Source: Anaeromyxobacter sp. (GTDB taxonomy: Bacteria > Myxococcota > Myxococcia > Myxococcales > Anaeromyxobacteraceae). Taken from it: DNA of 64,000 nt. Both the position numbers and the translations under genes were made by a program. The stretch lies in the NCBI GenBank assembly GCA_049840735.1, contig JASGJN010000022.1, forward strand, positions 1 through 64,000, written 5' to 3'. This document shows positions 12,171 through 22,856 of the stretch, piece by piece; within the stretch, counting starts at the first letter, position 1, and every line of letters begins with the position of its first letter. The notes under the pieces are model-generated. The model searched no databases and had not been told where the DNA came from. It saw only the letters and a program-made list of their open reading frames with translations.

Positions 12171-12209
12171 TGAGAGTGCTCGCCCTGCTGGGTAATACAG
12201 ACTTGATTC

Positions 12210-12438
12210 CCGCTGACCGCTCGCACCAGCGCGCTCCGGCTCATAGAGAGCGCCTCTTCGCGGTATTGCGGTGGGCCGGGTTCTAAGCGCTACCTGAGCC
12301 ATCCCTTCATATCAGGCCGAAGACCTCGCGGAAGATCCGGTGTTCGCGGAGCAGCTCGCCGAACGTCGCATGAGCGCCTCGGCGCGCTCCTCCTTCATCG
12401 TCGGTAGGGCCGCATAGTGGAAGAGGCCCTGGTTCAGC
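12210..12438. repeat. 229-bp direct repeat, copy 1 (ISAs1-like end sequence plus IS4-family transposase 3' end)
   Basis: Matches 24193-24421 with one visible mismatch; minus strand encodes FHYAALPTMKEERAEALM. Confidence 0.85.
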
Positions 12439-13682
12439 GTAACCGCCCGGCGAACGCCGTCTGGCGGGGCTGATCCAGTCGGTCGATGCTCCTCCGCTCA
12501 CAACGGAGGACGACATGACGGAGCAGGAGCGGACGCGTTGGACGAGGCTGGTCGCAGACTTCGAGGCAAGCGACCTCACGCAGCGGGAGTTCGCGACGGA
12601 GCGCGGGGTCTCGTTCAGCAACCTGCGGCAACTGGCTGTACAAGCTTCGCAAGGAGTCCCGGCCCCTGCAGGCCGGAGCCGCCCAAGGTGCCTGAAGTCA
12701 AGCCCCTGAGCGGGCGCCCGCGCCGACGGGCTCGCGTCTGGTGCCGGTCCGTGTGGTAGCGTCCGCGGCGAAGCCGCGGACCTCGGTGGTGGCCGGTGAG
12801 CCGGGGCGAGATGGTCGAGATTCGCGCTCCTCTCCGGCGGTCCGGGTGCGCTTCCCCGTCGGCACCGATCCCAGGTACGTGCGCTCGCTGGCGGCGGCGC
12901 TGTAGGCCGTGATCGGGATCCCGCAGTCCGGTCCGCATTCCTGATCCGGCACCACGCCCATCGACATGCGGAAGTCGATCGACGGCCTCACCGCCATCGT
13001 GCAGCAGGAGATGGAAGGAGGATGCCTACTCGGGGCCACCTCTTCATCTTTGTGTCGCGGCGGCGCGACCGGTGTGAAGATCCTGGCGTGGGACAAGGGC
13101 GGCTTCGTGCTCGTCTACAAGCGACTGGAGCGCGGCCAGTTCAAGCTGCCGCACATGGACCCGTCCACGATGGCCGTCAGAGATCGACGCCACGCAGCTC
13201 GCGATGCTGCTCGACGGGATCGACTTCGGCCGCGTCGGGCGCCCCAATCACTGGAAGCCCCCATCCCAGATGGATCTTCCGGGTCGTCGTCCCATGGACA
13301 AGCCCGCCGCGCCGTGATCTACCGTCGTCAGTGAGCGGCGACGATCATCACTGTGCGTGGCGCGAGCGGGCGGGAGGCCCTCGAGGGCGAGCTCGCCGCG
13401 CTTCGTGCCGAGCACGCCGAGACCGTCGAGCAGCTCGCCGCCGTCCAGGCCACCATCGAGAAGCTGCAGCGCCACGTCTTCGGGAAGCGGTCGGAGGAAG
13501 ATGCCGTCCGTCGGCCAAGGCGATCCGCGATCCGGCCCGCGCCGAGGCGGAGCGGCTCGCGGCGCTGCAGACCCGGCGCGAGAACGCGAAGAAGAAGCGC
13601 CAGCTCGTCACCCGCACCGTCGAGCACAAGGTGCCCGAGGAGAAGAAGGCCTGCCCGAAGTGCGGCGGCCGCGAGTTCACCA
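12439..13682 (+). mobile_element. Truncated, frameshifted IS66 (tnpA, tnpB, 5' tnpC) fused directly to the duplicated toxin segment
   Basis: Starts with GTAA end. TnpA at 12515; TnpB DMRKSIDGL...KILAWDKGGFVLVYKRLERG; TnpC coiled coil LQRHVFGKRSE and CPKCGG zinc finger; breaks at 13683. Confidence 0.85.
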
Positions 13683-15774
13683 CTGGGATCCCAAAACCGC
13701 CTACGACGCCGCCGGCAACGTGAAGGCCTACACCTCGTCCGGCTCCGACGGCGCCAAGTCCGTCTATAACGTCGAGTTCAAGCTGTTCGACGCCTACAAG
13801 GAAGGAGTCGTCACCGGGTACCGCGAGGACAACGCCAACAACCCCGGCACGACCACCGACAACTACGACGTGAACGGCTTCCTGATCGGGCTCGACGATT
13901 CCACCAAGGACGCAAACGACAGGAGGTTCATCAACGACGCGCAGGGCAAGGTCCTGATGAAGGTGCAGGAGGGGCGCGTCCTCCGCCAGCTGGTGGTGGA
14001 CGGGAACGTCCTCGGCGTCTACGGCGAGGGCACTGACCAGGACAAGCCCGTCAACAGCTCGGGGAACCCCAACTACACCGTCCAGGGCGAGTTCGGGCTC
14101 ACCTACCAGGCCATCACCAACGCCTATCCCTCGGCGGCGGTCGGCAGCTACCAGGTCAGGGCCGGCGACACGATCAAGTCGATCGCCCAGGCTGCGTACG
14201 GGGACACGAGCCTTTGGTACGTGATCGCGGATGCGAACGGGCTCCGCGGGGACAGCGATCTCCGCGTGGGGCAGACGGTGACCATCCCCAATGGCGCGTC
14301 CGGTTCGAAGAACAACTCGACCACGTTCCAGCCTTACGACCCGTCGAGGGTCGTCGGCAGCACCTCGCCGAACCTGCCCATCCCTGCGGCGAACAAGGGC
14401 TGCGGGGTCATCGGCACGATTCTCGTGGTGGTCGTGACGGTGATCGCGACCATCTACACCGCCGGGGCGGCCGCAATTGCCATGAACGTGGCTGGTGCCG
14501 CGGCGAGCAGCGGCGTATTTGCGGCAGGGGCCGCCGTCCTGGGCGGGAGCGCCGTGGCTGGCGCCACCGGGATCGGCGCTACCATGGCCGTGCTCGGGGC
14601 AGCCGCGATCGGCGGCGCGGTCGGCTCGCTTGCTGGTCAGATGGTCGGTGTCATGACCGGCATGCAGAAGGAGATCAGCTGGGGCGCCGTGGCCACAAGC
14701 GCCATCTCGAACGTCGTGACGGCCGGCGTGGGCGGCGCACTCAACGGAGCCGGCGACGCCGCGAAGTCCTGGTACGCCCGCGCGGCATTCGCCGCGACCA
14801 AGGCCACGATCTCGAACGCGGCAACGCAGGGCGTCAGCCTTGCCGTGGGTCTGCAGAAGGACTTCAACTGGTCGTCGGTCGCCGCCTCCGCGGTCGGCGC
14901 GGCGGTGGGCTCCGCGGCGTCCGAAGCGACCAACTCGGCAATCAAGTACGATCCCTCAAAGGGGGGATTCGACTTCGGAAAGAGCCTCGTGTCCGGAACG
15001 GTGTCCGGATTCGCCGCCGGCATGACGACTGCTGTCATGCGGGGAGGAAAGATTGCCGTCCAGCAGGTCGCGGCGGATGCGTTCGGAAACGCCTTCGCTA
15101 GCGCGGTGAGCGGCCAAGCCCAAGCCGATGGGGCTGCCGAGAGCGAGCGCAAGCTCCGGGCGCAGGCTTTTGTGAATGAGGCAATGAAGGGATGGGCCCT
15201 GACGCCGCCTTCACGTGGCCCTGAGTTCGTCCCAGAGTTGAAGCTCAAGTTCGGCTTGGGCTTCACCGCGGCTGGTGCTGATGCCAGCACGGCCGGCTCA
15301 GTGCCTGTCCCGGAGCAGGGCACTTCGCCGGACGGAGCGGCCGCCCCCCCCGCCGCCGGCCACCGGGAGCACACCCTACACAGTGCAGAAGGACGATACT
15401 CTCTCCGGAATTCTCGGGACGCTGGATCCCAGGATCATTGGTGCAGTCATGAAGGCCAGCAATCTGGATAGCACCAACCTAGTGCCCGGCAAGGTTCTCA
15501 CAATTCCGGACGACGCATACAACCGCGACTTTGCAAATCCGGAGGAGGACTATGTCCAACTCGCCCAGGATGGGCGTAACGCTCTCAAGAAAGATCGGGC
15601 TCGCGTTGCCGAGGCGAGAGCAAGGCTTGTAGGTGAAGGGCAGTCAGGCGCGGACGCTGGCGGCAGGTCCGGTGTTAGCTGGCCGTCGCTGGCCAGGACC
15701 ACGGCGCTACATCCGACGAATGACCTCATGTCGCTGGCGTTCGGTCCGGCATGGGATCCGAACTACTCGTACCT

Positions 15775-17471
15775 CAGACCCGATCCGCGCTGACGCGGGA
15801 TGATCTTCGCCGCCATCTCGGCGCCGCTCTCGCAGCGGCGGGACGCAGGTCGCCCAGCGGCGTCGGCCGCGGGACGGGTCAGGTTGTCAGCGCGCAATGA
15901 AGAAGGGGCGGCCTGCGGGCCGGTGATTCAGGTGACGGCGGCGGGCCCGTGCTGATCGGCGACCCGGGTGACGAGCAGCGCGTCGCGGAGGGTCTCCGCG
16001 GCGCGGGCCCAGGCGATGGGGCTGCCGTCCTTGCGAGGCGCCAGGGCCCGCCAGGCGCTCAGCGCGTTGTAGCCGATGATCCGCAGCCAGCTGACAGTCT
16101 CGATGGCGGCGCGGTTCGCCTGGCAGGGGTGGCCATCGTCCTCGCCCAGCACCACGTCCAGGGTCCAGTGGCAGCGGTTCTCGATGCCCCAGTGCAGACG
16201 GACGAGCGCCAGCTCCTGGTTGTGGGTCAGGTTCCCAGCCGGGATCGAGGTGACGAAGTACCGCTGCTCGACCGCCACGATCTCGCCGCGCCGGTCGGTC
16301 GTGGTCTGGCAGACGTACCAGAGCTGCTGGGCGCCCTCCATGACGACGGATGGGCTGCCGGCGACGTCGCGGACGTACAGCTCGCGCACGATGGTGTGGC
16401 CCCTGTACCGCTCGGCGGTCCGGGCGACCGGGTCACCAATCGTGTACTCGCCGTGCTCGCGGGCGAAGGCGTGCAGGTACGGCTGGTTGCCCTTGAGGCC
16501 GAACAGGTACCAGCAGCCGAGCGAGCTCACGAGTTCCGCGTTCTCACGGGCGCAGAGACCGGCGTCGCCGGTGACGATGCGGAAATGCGCGCCCAGCGCG
16601 TCGTGGACCTTGGGGAGCAGTTCCCGGAACGCCGGGGACTCGCCCTCCTTGGAGCCGATGATCCGCTGCCCTACGCAGGGACAGGCCGCGGACGAGGTCA
16701 GCGCGGCGCGGAGGGCGCCGAAGGTCTGCACCGACGAGCCCTCGGCGTCGTAGGCGGACTGCAGGGCGCCCGGCAGCTGCTCGCCGTCGACCCGGGACCA
16801 TGTCCCCTTGCCGTCGAAGCTCATCACGCCGACGGGGAAGCGGTCGTGCCTCACCACCTTGCGGGCGAAGAGATCCTTCGCCTGCGCCAGGACCGTCTGC
16901 TCCAGGCCGGCAGGCGACTGCTGGGCGAGCAGGCGGTAGAGGGTGGTGTCGCATGGTTTCCCCACGACCGAGAGCCCCAGCGTTCGACGGGCGCCGAGGC
17001 CGAGGTCGGCGAAGAAGTCTTCGGCGCGACGCAGGCTCCGACAGCCCACGGAGAAGGCGGCGGCCAGGCCTCCCAGCAGGCCGAGGTGGTCGTGGACCAC
17101 CCAGGCGTCCTCTCGAGGATCCTCGACCTCCCGGTCCCAGGGGATGTCGGCGTGCCGCAGGGCACGTCGGGCTTGTGCTTCGGTGATCGGCATGATCTTC
17201 TTCCTCTCGGCCTTCCTCACTTCATTACGCGCGAGGTTCCGGCCGTTCTGGGGTGGGGGCCCGCGAAGCCTCCACCCCTCTTTCACTACGCGCGAACGGA
17301 TGATCGCCGAGGAGGAACCCGGCGTCGATCTCTGCCGATCAGGAATTCGAGGCGATGGCGGGCGGAGCCGGCCCGAGCCACGAAACTCACCCTCGTCTCG
17401 GGGCGAAGTGGAGTCTCAAGCGCCCCAGGCGCGAGAACCGCGAGGCGACGGGTCAGCGGGAATCAGGTCTG
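15775..17471 (-). mobile_element. Complete ISAs1-family (H-repeat type) insertion sequence
   Basis: 10-bp target duplication actcgtacct at 15765-15774 and 17472-17481; imperfect 23-bp terminal IRs (cagacccgatccgcgctgacgcg / cagacctgattcccgctgacccg). Confidence 0.93.
15928..17286 (-). CDS. ISAs1-family DDE transposase (start may be 17193)
   Basis: Motifs SFDGK, VTGDA, LKGNQP, RLHWGIENRCHWTLDVVLGED; intact ORF. Confidence 0.92.
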   Translation of the reverse strand: MKEGWRLRGPPPQNGRNLARNEVRKAERKKIMPITEAQARRALRHADIPWDREVEDPREDAWVVHDHLGLLGGLAAAFSVGCRSLRRAEDFFADLGLGARRTLGLSVVGKPCDTTLYRLLAQQSPAGLEQTVLAQAKDLFARKVVRHDRFPVGVMSFDGKGTWSRVDGEQLPGALQSAYDAEGSSVQTFGALRAALTSSAACPCVGQRIIGSKEGESPAFRELLPKVHDALGAHFRIVTGDAGLCARENAELVSSLGCWYLFGLKGNQPYLHAFAREHGEYTIGDPVARTAERYRGHTIVRELYVRDVAGSPSVVMEGAQQLWYVCQTTTDRRGEIVAVEQRYFVTSIPAGNLTHNQELALVRLHWGIENRCHWTLDVVLGEDDGHPCQANRAAIETVSWLRIIGYNALSAWRALAPRKDGSPIAWARAAETLRDALLVTRVADQHGPAAVT

Positions 17472-18579
17472 ACTCGTACCTGGTGAAGGATACGGGCAGT
17501 GACAGATGGACCCGGCACTACGGTCGAGTCAACCTGGCATGGAAGTATCCCGAATTGAATGATTACCGCGACCCGGATACCGAGCCGGAAGTTGTCAGTG
17601 CGAAGGCCAGGTGGTGCGGTGTCTATGGATACGATGTACAGGCCTCTGAAGCTGTGCTGGGGGATCTTTGTAAGCCGGCGCCATTTACAAGCGAGGCTTC
17701 GATTGCGGGAATGGTAAACGGCCCGACCAAAGGTGTGATGGGTCTCGCGAAGATGGCCTACGGCAACTTCCGGCTCAACTGGTACGGCATCAAGGCCACG
17801 TTCGCCCCACTGACGGAGGGGCGCTTGCCGGACAGGCTGGACTACAGTGATGCTGTTAGAAAGTCCTACGAGCCGACAGCGGATTGGTGGAACGGCGAGT
17901 TCATGTCGTACACGAACACCCCCGCAGCGCGGACGAATGCGTTTGTGGGTGAAGTGCTGAGCCCCGGCAATCTACTGCTTGGGGAGGGGATCGGCGTAGG
18001 TTTTCGCCTGCTCGGAAGGCTGGGCGCGGCGGGTGATGGCATAGGCGTAGTGGCTGGAAATCTTCGGGGCCCGGTGGCGGGGGCGGCCGACGCAGCGGAG
18101 GCTCTGAGTCAGCTTGAACATCCGCTGACGGGTTGGTCTCCTGATCAGGTTGTGAATCACGCGATGGGTCTTGGTGTTAAGACACCCAGGGACAGTTTGT
18201 GGCTATGGTCAGGCCTTCGAAATGGGGTTCAGGAATCGCAGACATTTGCGCGCACATACGGAGGAATGACGTTAGAAATGACTCCGGGCGGGCGATGGCT
18301 TAATGACATGAAGCTGTGGGGGGCTGAATCACCGTTTACCCCCGTAGAAGCGAGTTCTATTTGGAACAGGGTTTCAAGAGGGGCTTGCGAGCAGGCGAGT
18401 GGTCAGGTTCGGGCGGTGCTTGGACAGGTGAGCCCTCGGGGCGCGTTCATGTCGGAGGAGATGCCTACTGTGCTGGCCAATCCCAAGGTTACCGGCCTGG
18501 ACCCGTTCTATGTGCCACCGAACACCTATAGGGCGCCCGTTCTGTTCGATCCGTCAAATCCTTTGCGAGGGTTGTAGAT

Positions 18580-18861
18580 ATGTTCTCGAATCTCAATAAG
18601 CAGGGCGTACGCAGTGATCTGGGCTTCGAGGTTCAGATAACAGGGCGCTTCTCAGCTGAATACAGGGAGGGGGGACGCGTCTTCGAGATCCCTGTCGAAT
18701 TTGGTGGGGGTATGGGCGGTGCGTGTGTGATCCTGCGCCGCGCGGAGATTGTGCAGGTTCTCGCGGTGAGCCGTAAGTGGAATTTGCAGGAGGAAGCGCG
18801 AATTCTGACGAACTTGGAAGATGCATTCAGGTTTCTCGGCTTGGACGTCTCTATCGAATAG
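18580..18861 (+). CDS. Imm74-like immunity protein to the ARC toxin
   Basis: 93-aa AT-richer ORF 2 bp after the toxin stop; VRSDLGFEVQITGR..EYREGG...ILTNLEDAFRFLG pattern resembles Imm74, the family linked with Tox-ARC. Confidence 0.7.
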   Translation: MFSNLNKQGVRSDLGFEVQITGRFSAEYREGGRVFEIPVEFGGGMGGACVILRRAEIVQVLAVSRKWNLQEEARILTNLEDAFRFLGLDVSIE

Positions 18862-19157
18862 GTTCGGGTGCCCCGAGCGCCCGAGCGCCCGAGCGCCCAG
18901 CGCCCCGACCCAGGGGTCCACGCCGCGTCCGAGCGCCCCGACCCAGAGGTCCGCGGCGCGGCCGGGCGGATTTCTGGCAGGGGATGCCCCGGAGCCTGGG
19001 GCTCGCTCCCTCCCACTGCAAGCGATCGGGCAAGCCTGAGAGGTCCAATGCCAGCGCCCATCGCCTGTGCCGGGAGACGCACCGCGTCCGCTGGGCGTGC
19101 GAGGGCTCGCCGCGAAGCGGACCGCGACGCGCAATCGTCAGTGGAGCCGGCAAGCGG

Positions 19158-19415
19158 TCAGCTGGCGGCGCAGGCCGCCCCGAACCTCACGCGCATCAAA
19201 TAGGTGCCATACGGGAAGATGGCGCCCCGCTCGCCTCTGCAGAACCGTACTAACGCGTCCCGGTGAGCCTCGAGGAACCACTTCAGCCGCTGCAGCGCCT
19301 CGATCCGCTTCCACTTGTCCAGGCCGGCGACGCGGGGCTTCAGGCGGCGCCGCGCCTCGCCGGTGGTGGGGCGATCGGTGGGCCTCTGCTTCAGGGCGCG
19401 GCGAGCCCCCATCAC
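19158..19415 (-). pseudogene. C-terminal fragment of a RAYT/IS200-like tyrosine transposase
   Basis: RIEALQRLKWFLEAHRDALVRFCRGERGAIFPYGTYLMRVRFG resembles the C-tail of myxobacterial RAYT-like proteins; 5' part cut off near the adjacent IS66. Confidence 0.55.
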
Positions 19416-20368
19416 CTGTCGCCACCGGTCTCGGGTGAGCCCACTTCCACCGGTATCACCGGTGCCCGGGCCCCGTGAGCACGCGGACGTGGGAGCCGGA
19501 AACTGGCGAGGGCTGCCGGGGAGCGGGAGGCTGGTGGCGGTTACCCGTTCGGTGAACCGCGTTCCTGACGGTCAGCGGAGCCGGTGGTACTCGACCGGGC
19601 ATGGCGCGCGAGGGACGAGCGGTCTGGGCGAAGCGGGTGGAGCGGTGGGTGGACAGCGGGCTGTCGGCGAAGGAGTTCGCGGCGGAGACGGGCATCAACG
19701 CGAGCACGCTGGCCCACTGGCGCTGGCGGCTGGGCGCGGAGGCTAGCCGGGCGCCGGCCAAGACGGCGGCACCGGTGCGGTTCGTCGAGCTCGCGGCGGC
19801 TCCCGACGCCGCTGCCCCCGCGTTCGAGCTGGTGCTCGCCGGCGGTCGCACGCTGCGCGTGCCGCCGCGGTTCGATGGCGCCGAGCTCGCGCGGCTGGTC
19901 CAGGTACTCGAGGGAGCGCTGTCTTGATCCCCGCGGGCGTGCGGATCTTCGCGGCGACCGCGCCGGTGGACATGCGCCGCGGCTTCGTCGGCCTCGCTGA
20001 GGCGGCGCGCGAGGGGCTCGGCCACGATCTGGGCGGCGGCGCGCTCTTCGTCTTCTTCAACAAGCGCAGGGACAAGCTGAAGCTCCTCTGGCACGACGGA
20101 CCGGCTGGTGCCTGCTCTACAAGGCGCTCGACCGCGGCTTCTTCCGGATCCCCGACGCCGCACCGGACCAAAAGGCGATCACCATCGACGGTTGCGAGCT
20201 CGCTGCCATCCTCGAGGTGTTGTCTCCCACGCTCCCTCACCGCCGGTACGTCACGTTCCGTCACCGGGCTGATGTGAGCGTTTCCCGGAGTGCGCCCTCC
20301 GGTGACCAGCGCTGGAAGGTGGCGGAGACGGAGAAGCCCGGGACGCTGGAAGCGGCCGGGGCCTCGGG

Positions 20369-20765
20369 CTACAGCAGCGGGACCTGACGAGGGTCGTCCT
20401 CGGGTTCGAGGCGCCGCAGTTGCGCGCGGAGCCAGGGGACGGAGGGGAGCCGCGCGAGCAGCGCGGCGGAGGCCTTCGGCGGACCGCGCGCTGCGGCCGA
20501 GACGGTTCGCAGCGAGGCGACGAGCGGCGGGCCGGCCACCCAGACGCGGACGCCTGCGCGCCGGGCTGCGAAGGCGACGGGGTCGGCCGGGAGGTGCGCC
20601 TCGTCGATGACCAGGTCGGCTCCGACGGCGGCGAGGCGCTGGGCGAGGCCCCAGCGTGCGGCGTCGGGTGCGGGCCACCGTGGCGGTGAAGCAGACGCGA
20701 CCGCTGCCATCCACGAGCACTGCAGCGAGGCCGCGCCGACCGAGCCAGACGCCGCAGGCGGTCAC
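20369..20765 (-). CDS. Hypothetical accessory protein of the element (frameshifted)
   Basis: GTG overlaps the ATPase stop; VTACGVWLGRRGLAAVLVD then RWGLAQRLAAVGADLVIDE in another frame. Confidence 0.5.
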
Positions 20766-21561
20766 GTGGTCTCCGGTAGCGCCGCCTGGACGTGCTCGGC
20801 GGTGACGGCCTGGGCCTTGGCCAGGGCGGCGGCGATGAGGGCGTGATGGGCGAGCAGGTTCACCTTGCGAGGCATGACCGCTCGTCGCGTGGTGGATCGC
20901 CTCCAGTGCCGGCGGCTCGAAGATCGGCAGTTCGGTTCCGGCCAGTCGGAGCAGGTGGGCAAGGTAGGCGGGGAGCTCATCGCGGGTGAGGCCGCCCACG
21001 TGGTGCCGGACGACAATGCGCTGGGCACAGGGCCTCGTGGACGGCCATGCCCACCCGGCGGCGCAGCTCGGCCTGGCCGACGAGGAGCAGGCAGAGCCGG
21101 TTCTTGGAGTCCATCTCGTAGTTGGTGAGCAGGCGCAGGTCCTCAAGCACCTCGCTGCGGAGGTGCTGGGCCTCGTCGATGATGAGCACCGGGCGCACCT
21201 TGGTCTCGGTGCAGAGCCTAGTGACCTCGCCGCGGATCACCTTGTAGAGCGCGGCGCGGCTGCGCTCGGTGGGCAGGGCCAGCTCCCAGGCGATGGACTT
21301 GTACATGTCGGTCACGTTGCCGGTGGAGAGCGGCACGTACAGGACGCGGTAGAGGCCGGAGTGGAGCGAGGTGGCGACCTTGCGGCAGATGGTGGTCTTG
21401 CCGGACCCGGGTTCGTCGGTGACGAGGCCGATGCCGCGCAGGTCGAGGAGGTGGCGGAGGCGCGCCTCCAGCTCCTTGGTGGCGGCGAAGGCGAAGAGGT
21501 CGTCGGGGGCGAGGCCCTTCTCGAAGGGGTGGCGGCCGAGGCCGAAGTGCTTGCGGTACAC
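20762..21561 (-). CDS. ExeA-family AAA ATPase (transposition helper), frameshifted
   Basis: YRKHFGLGRHPF start, Walker A EPGSGKT, Walker B LIIDEAQ, LLLVGQ. Confidence 0.85.
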
Positions 21562-21563
21562 GG

Positions 21564-22854
21564 TCAGTCCTCCTTCTCGTCGAGGTCGGCGAGGCGGAGG
21601 CCGGCCGGCTGGTCCCGCTTCACGAAGCAGTTGGCGTGGACGTCGACGAGCTTCGCGTCGCCGGTGCGCTCGCCCTTGGCCCACACCTGCATCGGTCGGC
21701 CGGGCCTCGTGGGATCGAAGCGGAGAGTGACGGTCTCGCCGACCAGGGCGGCCTCGACCTCGTAGACGTCGCCATCGAGACTGACGGTCCGGTCGCGGGC
21801 GACCTTGCGCTTCTCCTCCTGGAGGAAGAGGTCGTCGATGTCGGCGCCCAGGTAGCGGACCTCGTCGGCGAGCGCCGCCCAGCGGTCGAGTGGCGTCGCG
21901 CCATCGAGGCCGCGGTGCGGGGTGCGTGGTGGTACTCGCCTTCCACGAAGGCCCAGAGCCTGCGATTCAGGGCGTCGAGGCCCTGGAGGTCCGCGGGCTG
22001 GAGGAGCGGCAGGAGCTGCATCCGCACGGTCCGGAACCAGCGCTCCATCTTTCCCTTGGCCTCGGGGTGGTAGGCGCGGGCGTGGATGAGGGTCACGCCC
22101 AGCTTGGCGCAGACGAGCGCGAGCTGGTGGGAGCGGAAGGCGGCGCCGTTGTCGACGAAGAGGTGGCGCGGAGCGCCGCGGCGGCGGACCGCTTCCTTGA
22201 GCACCGGCAGTGTAGGCCGCGGTGTTCTCGGACAGGGCGAACATGGCGAAGGGGACCACCCGCGTTCGCGTCGTCGATGAAAGGCAATTAGTGTAGGTCT
22301 TGCGCCTGCGGCCATCGACCGACACGGCCGGCCCGTGCATGACGTCGCTCATCCACAGGTCGCCAGCCTTCTCGAAGGCGAAGCGCGCGGTGGTCCTTGC
22401 CGCTGGGCGCGTCCTTGGGCCGCTTCATGAGCCCGGCGCGGGAGAGGAGGCGGTGGACCGTGCTCGGGGCCAGGACCACGCTCTCCGGCACCTTGCCGAT
22501 GGCCAGCGCCTCCCTGATGACGAGCTGCACCGACAGCTCGGCGTTCTCTTCCTTGGTGGCGAGGAGCAGGTCGGAGACTTCGCGGGGCAGCGCCCGGGAC
22601 TGGCCGTGGTCTCCGCGCACCTTGGGCCGGAGCCCGTCGAGCCCGGCCTTGCGGTAGGCCTTGAGCCAGTCGCGGATGGTTTCGGCCGCGACGCGCCCGC
22701 GGGCGCTCCCAGGGATGCGGTAGTCGATCTCGGCCTTCTCGCGCAGCCGGGCGCTGAGCCCCTTGGTCCCGGGCGGCAGGTGCACGAGGTCCCCGATCAC
22801 CCCGAAGCGGAACAGGGCGACCTCGTCGGACTTCTTCTTCGCGTCGTCGTTCAC
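21564..22854 (-). CDS. DDE (rve) integrase/transposase with Mu-transposase-like C-terminus, frameshifted
   Basis: ALFRFGVIG N-terminus, HTH, MSDVMHGP, FVDNGAAF, GKMERWF, RKVARDRTVSLDG. Confidence 0.85.
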
Positions 22855-22856
22855 GG

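Larger units (their letters stand above)
13683..18577 (+). pseudogene. Orphan toxin cassette: duplicated LysM/hydrophobic region, second LysM, and C-terminal ADP-ribosyl cyclase (Tox-ARC, CD38-like NADase) domain. Has no start codon, a frameshift near 15345 and an ISAs1 insertion
   Basis: Repeat of 6931-8353. Second LysM YTVQKDDTLSGIL...LVPGKVLTIP at ~15377-15508. After the IS: LWSG, TLEMT, IWNRVSRGACEQASGQV and FMSEEMPTV, paralleling CD38 TLEDT, FWKTVSRRFAEAA and the catalytic Glu. Confidence 0.8.

Noticed and set aside
13357..15471. 704-aa ORF as a real IS66-toxin fusion protein
   Set aside because: The N-terminal part is an off-frame reading of the tnpC remnant, and the ORF stops before the toxin domain
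16943..17471. N-terminal extension of the 544-aa ARC ORF
   Set aside because: It is antisense to the ISAs1 transposase and its end; real toxin sequence resumes at 17472
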